Source: the human T2T-CHM13v2.0 reference genome, Homo sapiens. Taken from it: a stretch of DNA of 64,000 bases. The stretch lies in assembly GCF_009914755.1 (NCBI RefSeq), contig NC_060932.1. One strand, written 5' to 3'. Each line of letters starts with the position of its first letter. The first letter of the stretch is position 1. Position numbers and translations under genes: made by a program. A model generated the notes under the pieces. It saw only the letters and a program-made list of their open reading frames with translations. It did no database searches and was not told the DNA's origin. Shown piece by piece: positions 37,244-49,300 of this stretch.

Positions 37244-38260
37244 TTACATTTTGGCATGATTTTGCAGCAGCTGGTACCGGTTGTTCCTTTCCATGTTTAG
37301 CGCTTCCTTCAGGAGCTCTTTTAGGGCAGGCCTGGTGGTGACAAAATCTCTCAGCATTTGCTTGTCTGTAAAGTATTTTATTTCTCCTTCACTTATGAAG
37401 CTTAGTTTGGCTGGATATGAAATTCTGGGTTGAAAATTCTTTTCTTTAAGAATGTTGAATATTGACCCCCACTCTCTTCTGGCTTGTAGGGTTTCTGCCG
37501 AGAGATCCGCTGTTAGTCTGATGGGCTTCCCTTTGAGGGTAACCCGACCTTTCTCTCTGGCTGCCCTTAACATTTTTTCCTTCATTTCAACTTTGGTGAA
37601 TCTGACAATGATGTGTCTTGGAGTTGCACTTCTCGAGGAATATCTTTGTGGCGTTCTCTGTATTTCCTGAATCTGAACGTTGGCCTGCCTTGCTAGATTG
37701 GGGAAGTTCTCCTGGATAATATCCTGTAGAGTGTTTTCCAACTTGGTTCCATTCTCCCCATCACTTTCAGGTACACCAATCAGACATAGATTTGGTCTTT
37801 TCACATAGTCCCATATTTCTTGGAGGCTTTGCTCATTTCTTTTTATTCTTTTTTCTCTAACCTTCCCTTCTCGCTTCATTTCATTCATTTCATCTTCCAT
37901 TGCTGATACCCTTTCTTCCAGTTGATCGCATCGGCTCCTGAGGCTTCTGCATTCTTCCCGTAGTTCTCGAGCCTTGGTTTTCAGCTCCATCAGCTCCTTT
38001 AAGCACTTCTCTGTATTGGTTATTCTAGTTATACATTCTTCTAAATTTTTTTCAAAGTTTTCAACTTCTTTGCCTTTGGTTTGAATGTCCTCCCGTAGCT
38101 CAGAGTAATTTGATCATCTGAAGCCTTCTTCTCTCAGCTCGTCAAAGTCATTCTCCATCCAGCTTTGTTCCGTTGCTGGTGAGGAACTGCGTTCCTTTGG
38201 AGGAGGAGAGGCGCTCTGCGTTTTAGAGTTTCCAGTTTTTCTGTTCTGTTTTTTCCCCAT
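37244..38260 (-). pseudogene. L1 ORF1p, 338-codon frame with nonsense R49*
   Basis: ATG at 38260 (MGKKQNRKTGNSKTQSAS...EEGFR*). CGA>TGA at 38116-38114. The provided ORF 37244-37990 continues in the same frame to ...QNHAKM*. Confidence 0.95.
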
Positions 38261-39165
38261 CTTTGTGGTTTTATCTACTTTTGGTCTTTGATGATGGTGA
38301 TGTACAGATGGGTTTTTGGTGTGGATGTCCTTTCTGTTTGTTAGTTTTCCTTCTAACAGACAGCACCCTCAGCTGCAGATCTGTTGGAATACCCTGCCGT
38401 GTGAGGTGTCAGTGTGCCCCTGCTGGGGGGTGCCTCCCAGTTAGGCTGCTCGGGGGTCAGGGGTCAGGGACCCACTTGAGGAGGCAGTCTGCCCGTTCTC
38501 AGATCTCCAGCTGCGTGCTGGGAGAACCACTGCTCTCTTCAAAGCTGTCAGACAGGGACATTTAAGTCTGCAGAGGTTACTGCTGTCTTTTTGTTTGTCT
38601 GTGCCCTGCCCCCAGAGGTGGAGCCTACAGAGGCAGGCTGGCCTCCTTGAGCTGTGGTGGGCTCCACCCAGTTCGAGCTTCCCGGCTGCTTTGTTTACCT
38701 AAGCAAGCCTGGGCAATGGTGGGCGCCCCTCCCCCACCCTCGCTGCTGCCTTGCAGTTTGATCTCAGACTGCTGTGCTAGCAATCAGCGAGATTCCGTGG
38801 GCGTAGGATACTCCGAACCAGGTGTGGGATATAGTTTCGTGGTGCGCCGTTTTTTAAGCCGGTCTGAAAAGCGCAATATTCGGGTGGGAGTGACCCGATT
38901 TTCCAGGTGCGTCAGTCACCCCTTTTTTGACTCAGAAAGGGAACTCCCTGACCCCTTGCGCTTCCCAGGTGAGGCAGTGCCTCGCCCTGCTTCGGCTCGT
39001 GCCCGGTGCGCACACCCACTGGCCTGCGCCCACTGTCTGGCACTTCCTAGTGAGATGAACCCGGTACCTCAGATGGAAATGCAGAAATCACCCGTCTTCT
39101 GCGTCGCTCACGCTGGGAGCTGTAGACCGGAGCTGTTCCTATTCGGCCATCTTGGCTCCTCCCCC
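38261..39165. promoter_or_regulatory. L1 5'UTR: sense promoter (-) and antisense promoter (+), CpG-rich, YY1 site intact
   Basis: AAGATGGCC at 39153-39145 and dense CpGs at 38740-39150. Promoter function is established knowledge for young L1 5'UTRs and is not shown for this copy. Confidence 0.8.
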
Positions 39166-39174
39166 TTTTCTTAG
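38716..39174 (+). CDS. L1 ORF0, C-terminally extended (152 aa), with splice donors at 38822 and 38907
   Basis: MVGAPPPPSLLPCSLISDCCASNQRDSVGVGYSEPGVG...RFSRCVSHPF matches primate ORF0. The usual stop after ~71 aa is bypassed by a 1-nt deletion near 38925. Expression is unproven. Confidence 0.6.
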   Translation: MVGAPPPPSLLPCSLISDCCASNQRDSVGVGYSEPGVGYSFVVRRFLSRSEKRNIRVGVTRFSRCVSHPFFDSERELPDPLRFPGEAVPRPASARARCAHPLACAHCLALPSEMNPVPQMEMQKSPVFCVAHAGSCRPELFLFGHLGSSPFS

Positions 39175-39308
39175 GTTTTCTTCTAGGAGTTTTACAGTTT
39201 AAAGTTTTATGTTACTATCTTTAATCCATTTTTGAGTTGATTTTTGTGTATTGTGTAAGGTAAGAGTCTGTGTGATTTTTTTTTTGCATGTTGATATCCA
39301 GTTTTTCT

Positions 39309-39530
39309 TTTTTTAAAAGTTTAGTTTAATTTCTGGGATACATGTGCAGAAAATGCAGGTTTGTTCCATAGGTATATATATACCATGGTGGTTTGCTGCA
39401 CCTATCAACCCGTCATCTAGGTTTTAAGACCCACATGCATTAGGTGTTTGTCCTGATGCTCTCCTTCCCCGTGCCCCCAATCCCCCAACAGGCCCTGGTG
39501 TGTGATGTTCCCTCCCTGTGTCCATTGTTC
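39309..39530 (-). mobile_element. Severely 5'-truncated L1PA8-like 3' end
   Basis: ctgggatacatgtgcag...atcaacccgtcatctaggttttaag. Perfect 16-bp TSD gatatccagtttttct at 39293-39308 and 39531-39546. Confidence 0.93.
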
Positions 39531-42500
39531 GATATCCAGTTTTTCTAAAACCATTTACTGAAGAGGCTATATTTCCTTCATTGTTTATTTTTGGCACCCT
39601 TGTCAAGATCAGTTGACAACATATGTGTGAATTTTTCTGGGCTTTTTATTATGTTTAGTCTTTTAAATATAATTATTTTGTTTAATCTTTTAACTACTTT
39701 ATTTAATATTTAATACTTTAATTATTGTGTATAATTTTTTAAATTATGTTTAATTTTTTTCATAATTTATTGTGTTTAATTTTTTTTCTGGGCTTTTCAT
39801 TATATTTAATTGGCCTTTGTGCTAGTAACATACTGCTTTGATTACTGTAGTTCTCCAATATGTTTTGAATCAGAAACTATGAGGACTTCTTCTTTTTTAT
39901 CAAGATTGTTTTGACTGCTTGGAGTCCTTTGTGATTCCATATCAATTTTAGGATTATTTTGTCTGTTTATCTATAAAATGCTATTGGGTTTTAAATACAA
40001 ATTTCATCAAATCTTTAGATTACTTTGGGTATTTTGGACATTTTAACAAGACTAAGTCTTCTACTTCATAAACATAGTTTATCTTTTTATTTATTTATGC
40101 CCTCTTTAATTTTTTAACAATGTTTTATATTTTTCAGTGTGCAAGCCTTTCACTTTCATGGTAACTGTATTCATAAATATTTTATTCTTTTTGATGCTAC
40201 TGTAAATTAGAACATTTTCTTAATACCATTTATGAATTAATAAAAATCTTGTCAATTATTTCTTGCATGGATCATGCTTTTCTTTTTGTATAGTCATTAC
40301 CAAACCCAAGGCCATCTAGATTTTCTATCTTCTAGGAGTTATTCCTTCCTAGGAGTTTTATACTTTTCTCCTAGGAGTTTTATTTTTTTTTATTTTAAAT
40401 TTAGGTCTGTTATCTATTTTGAGTTAATTTTTGTGAAAAGTATATGGTCTTTGTCTATATTCGCTCTTTTGCATGTGGATGTGCAGTTGTTCAGCACTGT
40501 TCTTTGGAAAGACTACCTACTGTACTGCCTTTGTTCTGTTTTCAAGGATCAGTTGACTATTTTTATGTGAGTTCATTTCTGGGCTTACATTGATCTATTT
40601 ATCTATATCTTTTTGTTAATATCACATTGTCTTGATTACTGCAGCTCTATTGTAACTCTTAAAGTTGGCTGTGTCAGTCTTTCAACTTTGTTCTTCTTCA
40701 ATATTGTATTGGCTATTCTGGGTCTTTTGCCTCTCCATACACAGTTTTGAATTAGTTTGTCAATGTCTGCAAGGTAGCTTATGGGAATTTTAATTGATAT
40801 TGCATAGCATCTGTATATTATTTTGGGAAAGTCTAATATCTTAAAATATTGGAGCCTTGCATTCATGAAATATAATATCTCTCCAGTTATATAGTACTTC
40901 TTTGATATATTTTATCAGAACTTTGTAGTTTTATTCATACAGAAATACATTTTGTTAGATTTGTAACTGTTTCATTGATGGGAAGTGCTAATTTATAATT
41001 AAATAATATTATGTTTTTAATTTGAAATTCCATTTGTTTGTTGCTAGTATATAGGGAAGAATTGACTTGTGTATATTAACCTTGTATCCGCAACCCTTAT
41101 ATATTATCCCTTATTAGTTCCAGGAAATTTTTCTCTATTCTTTTAGATTTTCTATATAGATGATTATGTCATCAGCAAAGACAGTTTTATTTCTTACTTC
41201 CAAATCCATATATATTTTTCTCCTCTCTTGTTTTACTGCATTAGCTAGGACTTCCAGTATAATGTTAAAAGGACTAGTGAGAGGAGATATCTTTACCTTG
41301 TTCTTTATCTTAGTAGAAATACTCCTAGTTTCTTACCATTAAATATTATTTTAACTGTAGGGTTTTTGTAGATATTCTATATCAATTGGAAGAAGGTCTA
41401 CTGAGAGTTTTTAATCTAGGCTTTTAATCTAGTTTTTAATCTAGATGGTCAAATTTGTGGGCATAATTAGTCATAGTATCCCATTATTTATTTTTTTAAT
41501 GTTCATAAGATCTGTAGTGATGTCCCCTATTTTATTTCCCATACTGGTAATTTGTGTTCCTTCTCTCTTTTTTTTTTTTTCAGTTAGCCTGGTTAGAGGC
41601 TTATCAGTTGTATTAATCTTTTTGGAAACCAGGTTTTGGTTTTGTTGATTTTCTCTATTGATTTTCTGGTTTCAATTTTATTAATTTTGGCTCTCATTTT
41701 TACTAGTTTTATTTTTTTTCTGTTTACTTGGATTAATTTCTTCTTCCTTTCTTGATTTCTTAATGTGATTCCCCTCTAAGCATGGATTTTGCTGCATCTT
41801 ATACATTTTGATAAGTTGTTTTCCTTTCAATTAGTTCAACATATTTGAAAATTTCTCTTGAGATTTTATCTTTGACCCATGTGTTGTTTAGCGGTGTGTT
41901 GTTTAAGTCTCAAAATATTTTCAGTTGTTCTGGATATCTCTTAGCTGAAGATGTCTAGATTAATTCCATTCTATTCTGAGAGAAGAAATTGTATGATTTC
42001 TTTTCTTTCACATTTTTAAGGTTGGTTTTATGGGCTGAAATGTGGTGTATCTTTGTGAATGTTCTATGTTCAGATAAGAATATGTATGCTGCTGTTAATG
42101 GATTAAGTAGATTATAGATGTCAATTTTACCAAATGATTGATGATGTTGTTGAGTTAAAATATGAATTAGAATTTAACTGTGAAATACATATATATAAAA
42201 TGTACATAATAGATTAATATTAGATATAAATTAGGTTTCTCATAGCCAACATATAGTTGGGTCTTGATTCTTTGATTCACTCTGACAATGTCTGTCTTTT
42301 AATTGGTGCATTTATATCATTGATATTCAAAGTGATTATTGATATAGTTGCTCTAATATTTACCATATTTGTTAGTTTTCTTTTTTTATTCTTTATTTTT
42401 TTACTTTAAGTTCGAGGATACATGTGCAGAACATGAAGGTTTGTTACACAGGTATACATATGCCATTGTGGTTTGCTGCACCTATCAACCCATTCCTTAG

Positions 42501-43400
42501 ATTTTAAGTCCGACATGCATTAGCTATCTGTCCTGAGGCTTTCCCACCCCTTGCACCCCGCTGACAGGTCCAGGTGTGTGTTGTTCCCCGATGTGTGTCC
42601 ATGTGTTCTAATTGTTCAGCTCCCACTTATGAGTGAGAACATGCAGTGTTTGGTTTTCTGTACTTGTGTGAGTTTGTTGAGGTTGATGGCTTCCAGTTTC
42701 ATCAAAGTCCCTGCAAAGGACATGATCTCATTCCTTTCTGTAGCTGCATAGTATTCCATGGTGTATACATACCGCATTTTCTTTATACAGTCCATCATTG
42801 ATGGGCATTTGGGTTGGTTCCATGTGTTTGCTATTGTGAATAGTGCTGCAATAAACATATGTGTGCATGTATCTTTATAATAGAATGATTTCTGTCCCTC
42901 TGGTTATATACCCAGTAATGGGATTGCTGGATCAAATGATATTTCTAGTTCTAGATCCTTAAATTATCACCACACTGTCTTCCACAATGGTTGAATTAAT
43001 TTACATTCCCACCAGCAATGTAAAAGCATTTGTCTTTCTCCACAGCCTCACCAGCATCTATTGTTGGTTTACTTTTTAATAATTGCCATTCTGACTGGCA
43101 TGAAGTGGTATCTCACTGTGGTTTTGATATGCATTTCTCTAATGATTAGTGATGTCGAGCTTTTTTTCATATGTTTGTTGGTCGCATAAATGTCTTCTTT
43201 TGAGAAGTGTCTGTTCATATCATTTACCCACTTTTTGATGGGGTTTTGTTTTTTTCTTGTAAATTTGTTTAAATTCCCTGTAAATTCTGTATATTAGACA
43301 TTTGTCAAATGGGTAGATTGCAAAAATTTTCTCCCATTCTGTAGGTTGCATGTTCACTCTGATGATAGATTCTTTTGCTGTACAGAAGCTCTTTAGTTTA

Positions 43401-43715
<315 letters not shown>

Positions 43716-46030
43716 TTAATTAGGTCCCATTTGTCAGTTTTAGCGTTTGTTGTAATTGCTTTTAGCGATTTCATAATAAAAGATTTACCCATGCCTATTT
43801 CCTGAATGGTATTGCCTAGGTTTTCTTCTAGGGTTTTTATGGTTTGGAGTTTTACATTTAAGTCTTTAATCCATCTTGAGTTAATTTTTGCATAAGGTTT
43901 AAGGAAGGGATCCAGTTTCAGTTTTCTGCATATGCCTGGCCAGTTTTTGCAGCACTGTTTATTGTAGGGAATCCTTTCCCCATTGCTTGATTTTATTAGG
44001 TTTGTCGAATATCAGATGGTTGTAGATATGTGGTCTTATTTCTGAGGTCTCTATTATGTTTCATTGGTCTGTATGTCTGTTTTTGTACAAGTACCATGCT
44101 GTTTTGGTTACTGTAGACTTGTGGCATAGTTTGAAGTCAGGTGATGCCTCCAGCTTTGTTCTTTTTGCTTAGGATTGCCTTTGCTATGCAGGCCGTTTTT
44201 TGGTTCCATATGAATTTTAAAGTAGTTTTTTCTAATTCTGGAAGAATATCAATGGTAGTTTGATGGGAATAATATTGAATATATAAATTACTTTGGGCAG
44301 TATGGTCATTTTCATGATCTTGATTCTTCCCATCTATGAGGATGGAATGTTTCTCCATTTGTTTGTGATCTCTCTTATTTCCTTGAGCAGTGGTTTGTAG
44401 TTCTCCTTGAAGAGGTTCTTCATGTCCCTTGTTAGATGTATCTCTAGGTATTTTATTCTCTTCATAGCAATTGTGAATGGGAGTTCATTCATGATTTTGC
44501 TCTCTGCTTGTTGATTGTTGATGTATAGGAATGCTTGTCATTTTTGCACATTGATTTTGTATCCTGAGACTTTGCTGAAGTTGCTTATCAGCTTAAGGAG
44601 TTTTTGGGATGAGACAATGGATGTTTTTCTAAATATACTATCATGTTGTCTGCAAACAGAGACAATTTTACTTCCTCTCTTTCTATTTGAATATCCTTTA
44701 TTTCTTTCTCTTGCCTGATTACCCTGGCCAGAACTTCCAATACTATGTTGAATAAGAGTGGTGAGAGAGGGCATCCCTGTCTTGTGCCAGCTTTCAAAGG
44801 GAATACTACCAGCTTTTGCCCATTCAGTATGATATTGGCTGTGGGTTTGTCATAAATAGCTCTTATTATTTTGAGATATGTTCCATCAATACCTAGTTTA
44901 TTGAGAGTTTTCAACATGAAGTGATGTTGAATTTTATTGAAGGCCTTTTCTGTACCTATTGAGATAATCATGTGGTTTTTGTCATTAGTTATGTTTATGT
45001 GATGGATTATGTTTATTGATGTTAAACCAGCCTTGCATCTCAGGGATGAAGCCGACTTGATCATGGTGGATAAGCTTTTTGATGTGCTTCTGGATTTGGT
45101 TTGCCAGCATTTTATTGAGGATTTTCGCACCAGTGTTTATCAGGGATATTGGCCTGAAGTTTTCTTTTTTTTGTTGTGTTCCTGCCAGGTTTTGGTATCA
45201 GAATGATCTTGGCCTCATAAAATGAGTTAGGGAGGAGTCCCTCCTTTTCAATAGTTTGAAATAGTTCCTGAAAGAATGGTACCAGCTCCTCTTTTTACCT
45301 CTGGTTGAATTCGGCTGTTAATCCATCTGGTCCTGGGTTTTTTGTTTGTTTGTTTTTTGGTCGGTAGGCTGTTTATTACTGCCTGAATTTCAGAACTTGT
45401 TATTGGTGTATTCAGGGATTTAATTTCTTCCTGGTTTAGTCTTGGGAGGGTGTATGTGTCCAAGAATTTATTCATTTCTTCTAGATTTTCTAGTTTGTTT
45501 GCATAGAGGTGTTTATACCATTCTCTGATGGTAGCTTGTATTTCTTTGGGTCAGTGTTGATATCCCCTTTATCAATTTTTATTGTGTCTATTTGATTCTT
45601 CTCTCTTTTCTTCTTTATTAGTCTAGCTAGCAACCTATTTTTTAATTTTTTCAAAAAAAACAGCTCCTGGATTCATTGATTTTTTTGAAGGATTTTCTGT
45701 GTCTCTATCTCCTTCAGTTCCACTCTGATCTCAGTCATTTCCTGTCTCCTGCTAGCTTTTGGATTTCTTTGCTCTTGCTTCTCTAGTTCTTTTCATTATG
45801 ATATTAGGGTGTTGATTTGAGATATCTCTAGGTTTCCGATGTGGGCATTTAGTGCTATAAATTTCCCTCTTAACAGTGCTTTAGCTGCATCTCAGAGATT
45901 CTGGTATGTTTTTCTGTTTTTATTTGTTTCAAAGAACTTGATTTCTGCCTTAATTTTGTTATTTACCCAGTAGTCATTCAGGAGCAAGTTGTTCAATTTC
46001 TATGTAGTTGTGTGGTTTTGAGTGAGTTTT

Positions 46031-46342
<312 letters not shown>

Positions 46343-49300
46343 AAGTTTCTTGATCCTGAGTTCTAATTTGATTGCACTATGGTCTGAGAGACTGTTATGA
46401 TTTCAGTTCTTTTGCATTTGCTGAGGAGCGTTTTACTTCCAATTATGTGGTCGATTTTAGAGTAAGTGTCATGTGGCACTGAGAATAATGTATATTCTGT
46501 TCTTTTGTGATGGAGAGTTCTGTAGGTATCTATTAGGTCCACTTGATACAGAGCTGAGTTTGAATCCTGAATATCCTCGTTAATTTTCTGTCTTGTTAAT
46601 CTGTCTAATATTGACAGTGGGGTGTTAAAGTCTCCTACTATTACTGTGTGGGAGACTAAGTCTCTTTGTAGGTCTCTAAGAACTTGTTTTATGAATCTGG
46701 GTGCTCCTGTATTGGGTGTATATATATTTAGAATACTTAACTCTTCTTGTTGAATTGATCCCTTTATCATTATGTAATGCCCTTTTTTGTATTTTTTGAT
46801 CTTTGTTGATTAAAAGTCTGTTTTATCAGAGACTAGGGTTTCCACCTTTGCTTTTTTCTGCTCTCCATTTTTTTGGTAAATTTTCCTCCATCCCTTTATT
46901 TTGAGCCTACGTGTGTCTTTGCACGTAAGAGGGGTCTCTTGAATATAGCACACCAATGGGTCTTGACTCTTTATCCAATTTGTCAGTCTGTGTCTTTTAA
47001 TTGGGCCATTTAGCTTATTTACATTTAAGGTTAATATGGTTATGTGTGAATTTTATCATGTCGTCATGACGCTGGCTGGTTATTTTGCACACTAGTAGAT
47101 GCAGTTTCTTCATAGTGTCACTGGTCTTTATATTTTTTGTGTGTTTTGCAGAGCCTGGTACTGGTTTTTCCTTTCCATATTTAGTGCTTCCTTCAGGAAC
47201 TCTTGCAAGGCAGGCCTGGTGGTGATGAATTCCCTCAGCATTTGCTTGTCTGAAAAGGATTTTATTTCTCCTTTGCTTCTGAAGCTTAGTTTGGCTGGAT
47301 ATGGGTTGAAAATTCTTTTATTTAAGAATGTTGAATATTGGCCCCACTCTCTTCTGGCTTGTAGGTTTTCTGCTGAGAGATCCACTATCAGTCTGATAGC
47401 CTTCCCTTTGTAGGTGACCTGACCTTTCTCTCTGGCTGCCCTTAACATTTTTTCACTCATTTCAACCTTGGAGAATCTGATGATTATGTGTCTTGGGGTT
47501 GATCTTCTCATGGAGTGTCTTAGTGGAGTTCTCTTTATTTCCTTAATTTGAATGTTGGCTTGTCTTCCTAGGTTGGGGAAGTTCTTCTGGATAATATTCT
47601 GAAGTGTGCTTTCCAACTTGGTTCCATTCTCCCTGTCCCTTTCAGGTACTCCAGTTAGTTGTAGGTTCAGTCTTTTGATATAGTCTCATGTTTCTTGAAG
47701 GTTTTTTTCATTCCTTTTCCCCTTTTTTCCTCTAATCTTGTCTGCCTGCCTTATTTCAGCCAGATGGTCTTCCGTCTGATATTCTTCCTTCTAATTGATC
47801 AATTTGGCTATTGATCCTTGTGTATGCTTCATGAAGTTCTTGTGCTGTGGTTTTCAGCTCCATCAGGTCATTTATGTTTCTCTCTAGACTGGTAATTCCA
47901 GTTAGCAGCTCCTCTAACATTTTGTCAAGGTTCTCAGCTTTTTTGCATAGGTTTAGAACATGCTCCTTTACCTCAGTGAAGTTTGTTATTACCCACCTTC
48001 TGAAGCCTACTTCTATCAATTCTTCCATCTTATCCCCTGTCCAGTTCTGCACCCTTGCTTGAGAGGTATTATGATCATTTAGAGAAGAGCCACTCTGGCC
48101 TTTTGGATTTTCAGTGTTTTTTCATTGATTCTTTCTCATCTTTTTGAGTTTGTCTAGTTTCAGTCTTTGAAGCTACTGACCCTTGGATGAGGTTTTTTTG
48201 GTGACTTTTTTTGTTGATGCTGCTGTCATTGCTTTCTGATTGTTTGTTTTTCTTTCAATAGTCAGGCCCCTCTTCTGTAGGGCTGCTGCGGTTTGCTGGG
48301 GGTTCACTTCAGGTCCTATTCATCTAGTTTACTCCCACACATTGAGATGTCACTCAAGGAGGCTGGAGAACAGCAAAGATGGGTGCCTGCTCCTTCCTCT
48401 GCGATCTCTGACCTTGAGGGGCACAGACCTGATACCAGTAGGAATGCTTCTGTATAGGATGTCTGATAATCCCTGTTGTGGGATCTTACCCAGCTTGGTG
48501 GGATGGGAAGAAGGACCCATTTAACAAGGCACTTTGGCTGTCCCTTGGTGGAGGGTGTTTGCTGTGCTGGGGGGAAACACACTCATCTGGGCTGCCCGGA
48601 GTTATCAGAGCTAGGAGGAGGAAAGATTAAGTCTGCTGGTTTGTGGGGACTTCTGCTACCCCTCCAACTAGGTCCTCAGACCCAGGGAGATCAGAGTTCT
48701 GTCCCTGAGCTTCTAGCTGGAGTTGGATTTCCTACAGGGAGGCCCTGCAGCCACAGTGTTGGCTGCCACCCCTCCCCCAAGGAGCTCAGATGGCTTAGAC
48801 TGCAGGCAGCTTCAGCAGTGGTGATGGCCATTCCCTCCCCCTGGCTTAGGCCAATTCTAGCTGAGTGGCTGTTGAGAATCTGTGTGGCTCCATGGTGGTG
48901 ACCCAAGGCCCTGGTGACATGGGCTTTTGAGTGTGATCTTCCAATCTGTTGGTTGCACACTTTTGTGGAAAAACCACAGTTTTCCAGGCTGGGCAGCACA
49001 CTCACTCATTGCCTCCCTTGGCTGGGGGTGGGGGCTCTCAGGTGTCCCGTGTGGCTCTCAGGTGAGCTGTTGCACCACAGTGTTCTTTCTTCCTCTTCGT
49101 GGATCATGCCAGCCACCTAGTCAGTTCTAATGACAGAACCTGAATACCTCGGTTGCTGGGTGCAGGATTTGCATGCTGCTTTGTATCTTTCCAATGGGAG
49201 TCTTTGATTGCTGCTGCTTCTAGTCAGCCATCTTGACCCCACCCACCAATATTTGTTAGTTTTCTATTTGTCACCTTGTTTTTCTATTTTTGTCTTCTAT

